This document shows positions 42,268-51,972 of a DNA stretch of 64,000 bases, piece by piece. The DNA lies in contig OZ244846.1 of NCBI GenBank assembly GCA_965220815.1, positions 2,244,353 through 2,308,352 on the forward strand. Reading direction: 5' to 3'. The DNA comes from Gammaproteobacteria bacterium (GTDB lineage: Bacteria > Pseudomonadota > Gammaproteobacteria > Eutrophobiales > Eutrophobiaceae). A program made the translations under genes and the position numbers. The notes below the pieces were generated by a model. The model saw only the letters and a program-made list of their open reading frames with translations, had not been told where the DNA came from and did not search any database. Within the stretch, counting starts at the first letter, position 1. Every line of letters starts with the position of its first letter.

Positions 42268-43365
42268 ATGGCAACAGGCTTTGTCTATCACGAACTTTAC
42301 ATGTGGCATGAGAACGGCAACTTTGCGGCTTTCATGCCTTTCGGAAACCCCGTGCAGCCCTATGTGCACGCGGAGCACCAGGAAACCAAGCGGCGCATAC
42401 GCAACCTGCTGGACGTCAGCGGCATCCTGAAGGACCTGATCCATATCGAGCCGCGGGAGGCTGTGAGGGAGGAAATCTGCCGGTTCCACACCCCGGATTA
42501 TTACGAGAGGATCAAGGCGCAGAACGACCAGTACCTGTCCGAGACCGGATTTTTCACCGCGATGGGCCGCGGCAGTTTCGAGATCTGTTCCCTGGCTGCC
42601 GGCGGCGTGATCGAGGCGGTCGATGCGGTGCTGGACGGCAGGGTGGACAATGCCTACGCCCTGGTGCGGCCGCCGGGACACCACGCCCTGGCCGATATGG
42701 GCATGGGGTTCTGCATATTCGGCAACGCGGCCATCGCCGGCATGCACCTGCTGGAGGAGCGCAAGCTGGACCGTATCGCCATAGTCGATTGGGACGTGCA
42801 TCACGGCAACGGCACCCAGGCCGCTTTCTGGAACAATCCCGCCGCCCTGACCATATCGGTGCACCAGGACAACTGTTTCCCTCCGGATTCGGGCCACATC
42901 AGCGAGGCGGGGGAGGGCGCCGGCGCGGGCTTCAACATCAACGTGCCGCTGCCTCCGGGTTCGGGAGTCGGCGCTTATGAGGCCGTCTATGACCGCATCG
43001 TCGTCCCGGCGCTGCAAAGGTACAAACCGGATTTCATCATCGTTCCGTCCGGCTTCGATGCGGGGGCGCACGACCCCCTGGGGCGGCAGATGTTGACCAG
43101 TGAATGCTTCCGCAGCCTGACGGCAAAGATGATGCAGGTCGCGGACGAGGTATGCGGTGGCCGCCTGGTGTTGTGCCATGAAGGTGGTTACAGCGGTCAC
43201 ACGGTGCCGTTCTTCGGCCTTGCGGTGATGGAACAGTTGTCAGGGATCAGTACAGGGGTCGAAGATCCGTTCGAACAGGTGCTGGCGGGCCTGGGAGGAC
43301 ATCCCCTGCAGCCGCACCAGGACGCGCTGATCCGCGCGGTGGAACCGCTGCTGGAGAAACTGTGA
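42268..43365 (+). CDS. Histone deacetylase-family amidohydrolase (acetoin utilisation / acetylpolyamine amidohydrolase-like)
   Basis: Zn-binding and catalytic motifs (…RPPGHHA…, DWDVHHGNGTQ…, GFDAGAHDPLG). Confidence 0.8.
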   Translation: MATGFVYHELYMWHENGNFAAFMPFGNPVQPYVHAEHQETKRRIRNLLDVSGILKDLIHIEPREAVREEICRFHTPDYYERIKAQNDQYLSETGFFTAMGRGSFEICSLAAGGVIEAVDAVLDGRVDNAYALVRPPGHHALADMGMGFCIFGNAAIAGMHLLEERKLDRIAIVDWDVHHGNGTQAAFWNNPAALTISVHQDNCFPPDSGHISEAGEGAGAGFNINVPLPPGSGVGAYEAVYDRIVVPALQRYKPDFIIVPSGFDAGAHDPLGRQMLTSECFRSLTAKMMQVADEVCGGRLVLCHEGGYSGHTVPFFGLAVMEQLSGISTGVEDPFEQVLAGLGGHPLQPHQDALIRAVEPLLEKL

Positions 43366-43377
43366 AGCCGGGCGCTG

Positions 43378-43557
43378 TTACGGGTTACGTGCGGCGGATG
43401 CCTTGAACAAATTCGTGATGACGTCCATTGACCCTTCCAGGCGCGACATGCGTTGCTCCAGCCCCGACATACGATCGCGCAAGCCATTGATGTCCCTGTG
43501 AATCGCCCACCAGGCGACGATTACAGTGATGATTACCGCGATAGTGTCATAATTCAT
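43378..43557 (-). CDS. Small membrane protein, about 59 aa
   Basis: Single TM helix (TIAVIITVIVAWWAI) followed by a coiled-coil-like tail. Weak call. Confidence 0.3.
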   Translation of the reverse strand: MNYDTIAVIITVIVAWWAIHRDINGLRDRMSGLEQRMSRLEGSMDVITNLFKASAARNP

Positions 43558-43638
43558 GGTTCCTTCTCCCGTCCGATCAGACTCCAAAAAAGTAAAACTT
43601 CCAATGAATGGGCAATGTAATTTCCTTGAACGCCGTTG

Positions 43639-44076
43639 TCAAGTCCCGCTTTCAACCAGGTGTCGGATACGAAAAATTTCAGCCTCATGTGACGCGCAGG
43701 TAAGGCGCCAGCGTTCATCGCCGGCGTTCGCGCTGCGCCAGGCAACCAGGCTCAGCAGGCAGTTGCCGGCGCCCCTGCCGATGTGTTCACCCGGGATGAC
43801 CCTGGAGATAATGCGCGGGACCAGGCGGGCCGGGTCTTCGCCAACCTCGTAATCCACCTGCAACAGCTCGCGGTTCGCCTTCAGGCGGCAATAGACTTCA
43901 AGGTCTTCATAGAGACTCTTCCCGACAAACGTATCGTTTCCGGCGGGTTTCAGGCCCCAGGCGCCGAATGCCCACCGGCCCATCATTTCCGTATCCGTCA
44001 AAAATTCAAATGCCTCGATCGCAGGAACGGCAATGGGAAGCGTCGCCGTGTGGCACAGGGGGTCGGACAGGTTCAT
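43639..44076 (-). CDS. SRPBCC (Bet v1-like / polyketide cyclase-dehydrase-like) family protein
   Basis: Size and pattern are consistent. Low-confidence family assignment. Confidence 0.4.
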   Translation of the reverse strand: MNLSDPLCHTATLPIAVPAIEAFEFLTDTEMMGRWAFGAWGLKPAGNDTFVGKSLYEDLEVYCRLKANRELLQVDYEVGEDPARLVPRIISRVIPGEHIGRGAGNCLLSLVAWRSANAGDERWRLTCASHEAEIFRIRHLVESGT

Positions 44077-44149
44077 GATGTTCCTCCTTTACTGGTTCAA
44101 GTTTGGGGACAGAATTTAATTCTGTCCCCGGTTAAGCCGGATATATTAT

Positions 44150-45439
44150 TCAGAAACCGAGATAACGGGGCAATAAAAGACTGATTTCCGGTATGTAGGT
44201 GACGATGACGAGCGCGATCACATTTACCAGCAGCAATGGCGCGATTGCCTTGATCAACGTGAATAAATCACAACCGGCAATGGTTTCCGCAGTCAGCAGG
44301 CAGATGCCGAGGGGGGGTGTAAGCAGGCCTATATTGAGGTTCAGTATCATTATCACGGAAAAATGCAGGGGATGGATGCCGATATTGGTTGCCGCAGCCA
44401 GGAGCAGGGGTGAAAACAGGATAATTGCCGCGGCGGTATCGATGAACATGCCGGCAATCAATAAAAACACATTAAGGAACACCAGGCTCGTGATTGCCGA
44501 CATGTCCATGGAAACCAGGAAGGAGTTCAACAGGTCCGGCACGTGCTCCACCGCCAATATCCAGGAAAGTATTGAACCGCACCCCACCAGTATCATCAGT
44601 TGTGATGAAAATACCATTGCCCGCGAGAAGATCCCCGGCAGGCTGTCAAGCCTGAGGGTCCGGTACAGCCGCAGGGTGATGAGCAGGGTATAACCTGCCG
44701 CGATGGCGCCGGCTTCGGTGGGTGTGGCGATGCCGGCGATAATACAGACGACGATGATAAGCGGTATCATCAGGGGAACTATGGCCGAGCGGGTCGCCTG
44801 CATGACGGCCGGAAACGAGCGGTCGATGTCCCTGCGCCGGGAAGCCGCCTGTGGCAGCGCCGCAACCAGCAGCATCTGCATGACCCCGATCAATATGCCG
44901 GGAATGACACAGGCTGCGAACATTGCGCCGATGGACATGCCGGTGGCCGCGCCGAATACGATGATTACCAGTGAAGGCGGCACCATCGGGCCGACAATCG
45001 ATGAAGCCGCCGTCACGGCTGCCGCGTAGGCTGCCGGGAAACCCTGTCCGGTCATTGCCGGTATGAAGACCCTGCCCAGCGCCGCGACGTCTCCGACGGC
45101 CGTGCCCGTGATGCCGGAAAAAAGAATTGATGTGGCGATGTTGACCTGCGCCAGGCCGCCGCGCAGCCGGCCGAAACAAACGTCCGCCATATTGATTAAC
45201 TTATCGGTAACCCTGCCTGCGTTTATTATTTCGCCTGTGAGGACGAACAGGGGGATGGCCAGCAACACAAACACGTCGATACCTTCGAACAGGCGCTGGG
45301 GAATAATCTGTAGAAAATGATAATTGCCGGTAAAGATAATCCAGGAGACCGACGCGCACAGCATGGCCCAGGCAATGGGCATGCCTGCCAGGATAAATGA
45401 CAGGAAGACCGCAATCAGAACAATCAGGGAAACGCTCAT
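44150..45439 (-). CDS. dctM: TRAP transporter large permease subunit
   Basis: 429 aa and about 12 TM helices with DctM-family similarity. Confidence 0.85.
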   Translation of the reverse strand: MSVSLIVLIAVFLSFILAGMPIAWAMLCASVSWIIFTGNYHFLQIIPQRLFEGIDVFVLLAIPLFVLTGEIINAGRVTDKLINMADVCFGRLRGGLAQVNIATSILFSGITGTAVGDVAALGRVFIPAMTGQGFPAAYAAAVTAASSIVGPMVPPSLVIIVFGAATGMSIGAMFAACVIPGILIGVMQMLLVAALPQAASRRRDIDRSFPAVMQATRSAIVPLMIPLIIVVCIIAGIATPTEAGAIAAGYTLLITLRLYRTLRLDSLPGIFSRAMVFSSQLMILVGCGSILSWILAVEHVPDLLNSFLVSMDMSAITSLVFLNVFLLIAGMFIDTAAAIILFSPLLLAAATNIGIHPLHFSVIMILNLNIGLLTPPLGICLLTAETIAGCDLFTLIKAIAPLLLVNVIALVIVTYIPEISLLLPRYLGF

Positions 45440-45963
45440 GGTTCAAGCCGGGAGTTAACCCGGGTTAAAATGCGGACAATGGATACGACTGATGCAACAG
45501 TGAAAAAAACGGGTATCGCAGCAACCGGAACCGACAGGGGGATTCCCATGGCGATACTTTTTTCAAGGTGCAGAAACAGCGCCAGTTTGAATCCGTAAAC
45601 TGCTACGAGCGCATACAGGCAAAAACTGATCAATTCGAGAAACAATCCAAACCAGTTTCCGGTCAAGCGGTCAAAAAAATATTGCAGCACGCCAACCCGT
45701 ATATGAGTGCCATGAACGATGGCGGATGCAACGCCTGAAAATACGCCCCAGGTGCAGAGATAACGCGCGGCTTCCTCCATGAAAAACGGCACGGACTGCA
45801 ACAGGTAACGCATCGCAACCTGTACGATGATTACCAGGAACACCAGCGCGAGGCTGGCGCCGGCGACAACCCGGAGCGCCTGGTCCAGCCTGCCGATCAT
45901 CGTTTCAACCCCCGGGCCGGTATCAATGCCTGGCATGTCTGCTTGCCGAGACAACTTCATCAA
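45436..45963 (-). CDS. dctQ: TRAP transporter small permease subunit
   Basis: 4-TM, 175-aa protein overlapping the dctM start. Confidence 0.75.
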   Translation of the reverse strand: MMKLSRQADMPGIDTGPGVETMIGRLDQALRVVAGASLALVFLVIIVQVAMRYLLQSVPFFMEEAARYLCTWGVFSGVASAIVHGTHIRVGVLQYFFDRLTGNWFGLFLELISFCLYALVAVYGFKLALFLHLEKSIAMGIPLSVPVAAIPVFFTVASVVSIVRILTRVNSRLEP

Positions 45964-46906
45964 TGAGCGCCGGATCCAGCATTTTCCCGCGCAGGTAGTC
46001 TATGGAAACGGAAAGCGCCGGCCCGGCAAGGATTTCTTTTTCTTCAGGAGACGGCCTGGAGATGGTTACCCCGGTTGCCTCAATCCGTTTCGGCAGTTCC
46101 GGTTCCAGTTCTTTCATCATCCTGCGGTTATGGGCAATCCCCTTCTCAGCCGCACGCTGTATTATCTCCTGCAGCCGGTCGGGAAGATCGTCGAAGAACT
46201 GGGCATTCATCACCATCACGGCCAGCGGCAGCCGGTGTTTATCGAGGAACAGGTATTTCTGCACTTCGTAGAACCTGAGCACATCCATGACCCACAGGTT
46301 CAGGTCCGCGCCGTCCGCCACGCCGATCCTGAGCGCAGTGTACAGTTCATTGAACGGGATGGGCAAGGGAGATCCGCCGTGCACGCGGACCGCTATGGCG
46401 TTGATGGGAGACAGCACCCGGATTTTTTTACCGGCCAGGTCTGAAGCGTTTTTGATTGGCCGGCTTGAACTGTAGTGGGCAAAATCACCGGTGATAAACC
46501 ACCCAAGCGCACGAATCCCCGTTGTCTGCCTCATGCCCTCGGCCACTTTCCTGCCGACCGGCCCATCCAGGATTTCCCAGGCATCGCCGGCATCTTCGAA
46601 CAGGTACGGCAGGCTGAACACCTGGATATCGGGGTAGAGCGACGCCAGGTTTCCGATTGCCGGGTCGCTCATCTGGATCATGCCGGCCCGTACCTGGCGC
46701 AGGCGGGAATCCGCGTTGCCGAGCATGCCGCCGTAATAGATTTCCACCTTAATCTCGCCATTTGCGTTTTTATGCACCTCATCCCGGAAAGTTTCATACA
46801 TGCCGTTCACCAGCTTCATGGCCGGAATGTGTTCCGGCATGGCCAGTCCTATGATGAGTTTCTTTTCTGCGTGGCAGATTTGCGGGACAGACAGGGAAAA
46901 CAGCAA
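45923..46906 (-). CDS. dctP: TRAP transporter substrate-binding protein
   Basis: DctP-family body. The start is uncertain. The track ORF runs to 47032 through REP1 copy 46932-46974, so a TTG at 46906 (…LFSLSVPQICHA|EKK) is proposed. The upstream ATG at 47005 is an alternative. Confidence 0.7.
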   Translation of the reverse strand: MLFSLSVPQICHAEKKLIIGLAMPEHIPAMKLVNGMYETFRDEVHKNANGEIKVEIYYGGMLGNADSRLRQVRAGMIQMSDPAIGNLASLYPDIQVFSLPYLFEDAGDAWEILDGPVGRKVAEGMRQTTGIRALGWFITGDFAHYSSSRPIKNASDLAGKKIRVLSPINAIAVRVHGGSPLPIPFNELYTALRIGVADGADLNLWVMDVLRFYEVQKYLFLDKHRLPLAVMVMNAQFFDDLPDRLQEIIQRAAEKGIAHNRRMMKELEPELPKRIEATGVTISRPSPEEKEILAGPALSVSIDYLRGKMLDPALIDEVVSASRHARH

Positions 46907-46931
46907 CAGGCACAGCCTGGGGATTGATCCT

Positions 46932-46974
46932 GGGGTCAGAGTAAGAATTTCGTCAGAAATTTTACTCTGACCCC
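46932..46974. repeat. REP family 1 copy
   Basis: GGGGTCAGAGTAAGAATTTCGTCAGAAATTTTACTCTGACCCC upstream of, or within the 5' end of, dctP. Confidence 0.8.
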
Positions 46975-47201
46975 ATATATCAAGTATTGTCTCCCCGAAT
47001 TTCATGTCCCCGGAATTACGCTTGCAACCCATGCAATATAACAGTAAATTGGAAAATCCGCATACGGGTACACACTAGACAGCGCCGGAGAAATGAAACC
47101 AGCCGAATACATTTCCTGTGACGGACTCGGCCGCGCCCTGGCCGTTGAATGCGCCGTTGCCTGAACAACGGTAGAATGTCTGTGAGGACTTACGTCGCAG
47201 G

Positions 47202-48680
47202 ATGTCCACGGTAAGATCAGCCGCCAGCGTTATCCTTGTTCGCGGGTCTGACGAAGACCCCGAGGTGTACCTGGTCAGGCGCGCCCCCGAACTCAAGTTC
47301 TTCGGCGGATACTGGGTGTTTCCCGGCGGCAACGTCAGCCCGGTGGACCATCACGGGGAGGACGATCCCGAAGAACTTGTGCTGAAACGCTGCGCGGTGC
47401 GAGAAATCCTGGAGGAAACGGACATCCTCTCAGCTACCCTGGGCGGGGAATTCAGCCGGGAGCGGAAACAGGCGTTGAAGGAGCAGATAAAAGAAGCGCC
47501 TGAACAATGGCGGGATTTCCTGGCGCAGTCCGGCGCAGAATTACCACTGGTCACTCCGCTGTTCCGCATTACCACGCCGCCGTTTTTCCCGGTCCGTTTC
47601 GATACCCGGTTCATGTATGTGCGCTGCCCGGAAGACGAGATTCCCGGCATCGACAACTACGAACTGGTTGAAGGACGGTTTGTCAGGCCGCAGGAGGTGG
47701 TTGACGCCTGGGACAGGGGTGAAATGGAGATCGCGCCGCCGGTGCTGTTCCTGCTGCGCCTGATGACCGCGGGCGGCCTGGATGCGTTCCTTGAGCGGGG
47801 CAGGCATGAAACGGAGCGGCTGGAGCAGGGCGGCCTGCATCCGGTTTATTTTTCACCCGGCATCTTCGTGGCGCCGCTGGCAACGCCGACATTACCGCCG
47901 GCGACCACCACCAATACCATGATCGCCGGCACGGACAGGCTGTACGTCATCGATCCGGCGACTCCGGATCAGGGGGAGCAACAACGACTGTTCAACCGGA
48001 TGGACGAGATGATCGGCGAAGGCCGAACGTTTGAGGCCATCCTGTTGACGCACCACCATGTTGATCACGTCGGCGCGGTGATTGCCGTCAGCCGGCGTTA
48101 CCGGCTGCCGGTCCGGGCGCACGAAGAGACCTATCGCCGTATCGATTCGGGATACATCAGGGGCGAACCGTTAGCGGATGGCGACCGCCTGGAGCTGGGC
48201 ACGGCCCCGGACGGTTCCGGCGACTGGCATCTCAAGGTGATGCATACGCCGGGTCACGCGGTCGATCACCTGTGTTATATCGACAGCCGCTACCATGCGG
48301 TAATCGCGGGCGACATGCTGTCCACGGTCTCAACCATAATCATAGATCCGCCGGAAGGCCACATGCACACCTACCTGGACAGCCTGAACAGGTTGCTCAA
48401 CACTCCCATAAACGTCCTGTATCCCGCCCATGGGCCGCCCCGGCGCGACGGCCATGGCCTGATACGGCATTTTCTCCGGCACCGGCAGAAGCGTGAAGAC
48501 GCAGTCAAGGCGGCATTGACCGGCACGCCGCGGACTGTCGATGAATTACTGCCCGAAATCTACGCCGACGTATCCGAAAGCGTTTACCCGATTGCCGCCC
48601 GCTCCCTGCTGGCCGGCCTGATAAAACTGGAGGAGGACGGTTTCTGCAAACGGCAGGACGCGGCCTGGCTGCTACAATAA
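47202..48680 (+). CDS. NUDIX-like N-terminal domain fused to an MBL-fold metallo-hydrolase domain
   Basis: N-terminal Nudix-like box (…REILEETD…). C-terminal HHHVDHVG metallo-beta-lactamase motif with downstream His/Asp ligands. 492 aa. Confidence 0.7.
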   Translation: MSTVRSAASVILVRGSDEDPEVYLVRRAPELKFFGGYWVFPGGNVSPVDHHGEDDPEELVLKRCAVREILEETDILSATLGGEFSRERKQALKEQIKEAPEQWRDFLAQSGAELPLVTPLFRITTPPFFPVRFDTRFMYVRCPEDEIPGIDNYELVEGRFVRPQEVVDAWDRGEMEIAPPVLFLLRLMTAGGLDAFLERGRHETERLEQGGLHPVYFSPGIFVAPLATPTLPPATTTNTMIAGTDRLYVIDPATPDQGEQQRLFNRMDEMIGEGRTFEAILLTHHHVDHVGAVIAVSRRYRLPVRAHEETYRRIDSGYIRGEPLADGDRLELGTAPDGSGDWHLKVMHTPGHAVDHLCYIDSRYHAVIAGDMLSTVSTIIIDPPEGHMHTYLDSLNRLLNTPINVLYPAHGPPRRDGHGLIRHFLRHRQKREDAVKAALTGTPRTVDELLPEIYADVSESVYPIAARSLLAGLIKLEEDGFCKRQDAAWLLQ

Positions 48681-48980
48681 CTGTTCCTCGATCTGTACGA
48701 TCGGATCGATATTGGTGAAATTGGGGATGTCGCCCATGATTTCAGGTGCGTGGGCGTCCAACGCCTGTTCAAATGCCTCCACGCTGTCGAACTTCAGGCT
48801 GGCGACCGTGACATAAGGTTCGGGAGCGCCGCCGGCGCCGCCAAGTCCCTTGTAGACTTCCATGCCTCGCACTACGTCATGCCACCTTTCCCCCACCAGG
48901 GGCATGTGGGTATTAAGGTAGTAGTCATAATCGAAACTGCCGCCTTCCTGCTTAGGGTACATTACATTGACTCTGATCAT
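48672..48980 (-). CDS. EthD / Dabb-like small alpha+beta barrel protein
   Basis: MIRVNVMYPK… is the typical start of EthD-family proteins. 102 aa. Confidence 0.45.
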   Translation of the reverse strand: MIRVNVMYPKQEGGSFDYDYYLNTHMPLVGERWHDVVRGMEVYKGLGGAGGAPEPYVTVASLKFDSVEAFEQALDAHAPEIMGDIPNFTNIDPIVQIEEQLL

Positions 48981-48997
48981 CTGTTTTCTCCATTACG

Positions 48998-50569
48998 TTA
49001 TAAGCTCTTTGCAACCAGGTAGCCGGAACCGCCGCCCAGGCCGGGCCCCGGATGAGTGGATGCGCCGATGTGGTACAGGTTTTTAACCGGTGTGTCGTGG
49101 TTTTTCAATGACCGTAAGGGCCGCCACAGGAAGAACTGATCCAGAGAACAGGCGCCGCCGTACGGGTCTCCTCCCACAAGGTTGATGTTGACAGCCTCCA
49201 GGTCGGCAGGGGACAACACCGTTCTTGCCATAATACTGTCTTTCAGGTTTGGAATATAGTGCGCCAGCCTGTCGATGATCCGGTCCGCGTACGTCTCGCG
49301 TACCGCTTCGGTCCAGGCGCCGTCTTCAGGCGCTTCGATCCGGCCGGCGGCATCGCCCTTTATACGGCGCGGGCATTCCTGCAACTGTATCCACAACAGG
49401 CCTTTGCCGTCGGGTGCCCGGCCCGGGTCCAGCGCGGCCGGTTGGCCGACAACGATAGTGGCTTCTCCGGGCAGCAGGCCGCGGTTTGCCTCGTTTATCG
49501 AACGCGATACGGCGTTTACACCGCTCGTAATATGAGTAATCGCGACTTTTTCCATCCCCTGCGCATGCCATTGGGGCGGCTCCGACAGGGCCAGGTGGAT
49601 CTGCATGTCGCCGTTGCCGTAACGGTAGGCCCGGGTCTGCGCAGCCACCGCAGCAGGCACGTCGGCCGGGTCCAGCAGGTTTTCGTAGAGCTGGTTCGGG
49701 GTAACGCTGCAGATCACCTTGTCGCCCCGGTACTCGGCACCGGCGCGGGTTTTAACCCCCGTCGCCCGGCCGTTCCCGGTTATTACCTTCGTTACATCCG
49801 CGTTCACCTGCAACTCGCCGCCATTGGCTTCGATCACCTGCTGAAACGCCCGCACGATATTGTAGTTCCCTCCCTTGACGACCGGACAACCCACCATCTC
49901 AAGGGTGAATGCAATCACCTGGGCCATCAGCGCCGAGGACGGCGCATCCGGGCCGATACCGGCATGGGACGGCCAGCCGGCCAGGCAGGCGCTGACCGCG
50001 TTCGAACTGAACGTCGTATCCAGCCAGGCGCGCGCCGGCTGCAGACCGGCGCCGAAATACTGCGCCAGTTTGAACGGCCCCATCTTCACCAGGGTCGACA
50101 GTAAAACCTTCAGCGTAGAGCCGCGCCACAACTCGCTGCCCAGCAGGGTGAAAGTAAGCCCCAGGGACTGTTCCAGTTCCGCCATGGCGGCTCCATAACG
50201 GTCGCCGTCTCCGCTTGACAGGGCATTCATGGCGCTGATGTTCCCGCCCCGGGAATTCTTCAGGACAAAAGACGTCTGGTCGGGTAACACCACCGCAGTG
50301 GGGCTGTCGGTATTGCAGTATTCAAGCCCGTACTTTTCCAGGTCATCCTTCAATTCGGCATATCCCGGGGAGGTGACGAACAACGGGTGCCAGCTCGACA
50401 ACACGTCGTGAATAAAGCCCGGCGCGGTGATCTCATCCGTGCGGATACACCCTCCCGGGCGGTCGTTGCGCTCCAGCACCAGTACCTTGTTGCCCTGCTT
50501 GCTCAATAACGCCGCGCACACCAGGGCGTTGATGCCGCTTCCGACAATAATGCAATCGTACCTATCCAT
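48998..50569 (-). CDS. FAD/NAD(P)-dependent oxidoreductase, phytoene desaturase (CrtI)-related
   Basis: N-terminal DCIIVGSGINALVCAALL Rossmann motif. 523 aa with CrtI-family organisation. Confidence 0.75.
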   Translation of the reverse strand: MDRYDCIIVGSGINALVCAALLSKQGNKVLVLERNDRPGGCIRTDEITAPGFIHDVLSSWHPLFVTSPGYAELKDDLEKYGLEYCNTDSPTAVVLPDQTSFVLKNSRGGNISAMNALSSGDGDRYGAAMAELEQSLGLTFTLLGSELWRGSTLKVLLSTLVKMGPFKLAQYFGAGLQPARAWLDTTFSSNAVSACLAGWPSHAGIGPDAPSSALMAQVIAFTLEMVGCPVVKGGNYNIVRAFQQVIEANGGELQVNADVTKVITGNGRATGVKTRAGAEYRGDKVICSVTPNQLYENLLDPADVPAAVAAQTRAYRYGNGDMQIHLALSEPPQWHAQGMEKVAITHITSGVNAVSRSINEANRGLLPGEATIVVGQPAALDPGRAPDGKGLLWIQLQECPRRIKGDAAGRIEAPEDGAWTEAVRETYADRIIDRLAHYIPNLKDSIMARTVLSPADLEAVNINLVGGDPYGGACSLDQFFLWRPLRSLKNHDTPVKNLYHIGASTHPGPGLGGGSGYLVAKSL

Positions 50570-50592
50570 TTAATTTCTCCGCATGTCTTAAA

Positions 50593-50617
50593 GGGGACGG
50601 ATTTCAAATCCGTCCCC
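50593..50617. repeat. REP family 2 copy (GGGGACGGATTTCAAATCCGTCCCC)
   Basis: Adjacent to REP1 copy 50634-50676. Two different REP families in tandem. Confidence 0.8.
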
Positions 50618-50633
50618 GTCGAACCCTGATGTC

Positions 50634-50676
50634 GGGGTCAGAGTAAAATTTCTGGCGAAATTCTTACTCTGACCCC
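50634..50676. repeat. REP family 1 copy
   Basis: GGGGTCAGAGTAAAATTTCTGGCGAAATTCTTACTCTGACCCC. Confidence 0.8.
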
Positions 50677-50677
50677 A

Positions 50678-51871
50678 TCAATCTTCGTTCCAGGGCGCCC
50701 ACATTTCCTTCAGGTCTTCCCAGGCAGGTTCTTCTTCCCCGCCCGGTTGAAACCGGCAGCCCTCGTGTTCATAAAACGGCCTGGTCCACGCGCCCCGCTC
50801 GACCAGGGATGCGATATTCCGGCGGTAGATCTCGTCAACCTCCGCATGGTGTTGCGGGTCCTGCTCCATCCACAGGTTTTTCGGGTGGATGGGTTTTTCG
50901 TACATGCGTTTGAACACCTCGGTGCGCAGGTCCTTCAGCCAGTTGCTGTTCAGGTTCATCATGCGGAACTGGCGCAGGGCTTCGATGTCGATGGTGGCGC
51001 ACACCAGAGTGTTGTTGGCAGACGGGCTGTAGGACATGATCTCGCCGCGGTAATCGACGATATGGGCATGCCCGCCGGTAATGTCCACCGGGTTTCTGGA
51101 CGTGGCCGACAGGTAGAGCGGGCCGGCATTGGGACACAGCATGTACACCGAATTGAACTCCGCGTGACCCCGGTTCTGGACCATCCAGGAACCGCCGCCG
51201 GGATAGCCGGAGCCGGTCATGGGCATGGCCTCGCTGGGCCGGTACACCACCTCGGCGCCGTTGAACGCCAGCGCCCGCACCGCCTCCGGGTATTCGCCGT
51301 CGCTGCAGCAGATGGTGCCTATGTTGCCGATATCCGGGGTTTTCAACACCGGGTAGAAGGCATCGATGTCGTCGCCATGGACCTCCACCCAGCGGTCGTA
51401 GACGTCGTGAGGGGTACAGGAGCGTTCCCGGCACCAGATATGGTTTTTTGCCGCCTTGTGCACCACGTTGCCGCCGGGATCAATAACGAACAAGGTGTTG
51501 AAGAACCGGTCGTCCATGACCTCGGGCCAGCGCGCCTTGCACTGGCCGATGATATAGGTGTCATAGAGCGCGGCCAGGCGCCCGAGCCAGGCGGTCTCCT
51601 CGCCGGGGATATCGATGAACAGTTCCCTGGCAGCGAGGACGTGGGGCAGGTCGAAGATCTCGTCGGTGAAGCCCGTCAGCGCGCCTTCCGCCAGGGCGAT
51701 GATCTTCACCGGCATATTGATGTTCACCATGGAGACCGCGGCATGGATCGCCTCTTCGATATTTTCCAGGTTATGGCGGATATGCTTCCGGTCGGCTATC
51801 CCCGTGATCGTCGTGGACAGGCCGATAGCCATGTAGGGAGCGACAGGTTTGTTCTGTTGTTCAGTAGTCAT
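50678..51871 (-). CDS. Nitrilase-superfamily carbon-nitrogen hydrolase / amidase-like protein with a C-terminal extension
   Basis: Catalytic-triad segments (…ALAEGAL…, …KNHIW…, …GTICCSDGEYPE…). 397 aa. Confidence 0.7.
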   Translation of the reverse strand: MTTEQQNKPVAPYMAIGLSTTITGIADRKHIRHNLENIEEAIHAAVSMVNINMPVKIIALAEGALTGFTDEIFDLPHVLAARELFIDIPGEETAWLGRLAALYDTYIIGQCKARWPEVMDDRFFNTLFVIDPGGNVVHKAAKNHIWCRERSCTPHDVYDRWVEVHGDDIDAFYPVLKTPDIGNIGTICCSDGEYPEAVRALAFNGAEVVYRPSEAMPMTGSGYPGGGSWMVQNRGHAEFNSVYMLCPNAGPLYLSATSRNPVDITGGHAHIVDYRGEIMSYSPSANNTLVCATIDIEALRQFRMMNLNSNWLKDLRTEVFKRMYEKPIHPKNLWMEQDPQHHAEVDEIYRRNIASLVERGAWTRPFYEHEGCRFQPGGEEEPAWEDLKEMWAPWNED

Positions 51872-51972
51872 CCGGCACCTCGAACTGGTGGTATAACCTG
51901 GAGTCTATCAAGTTCCGTACGAAAAAAAACACCGGCTGAGTACTCAACCGGTGCAGCGATCAGGGGGCAGAA

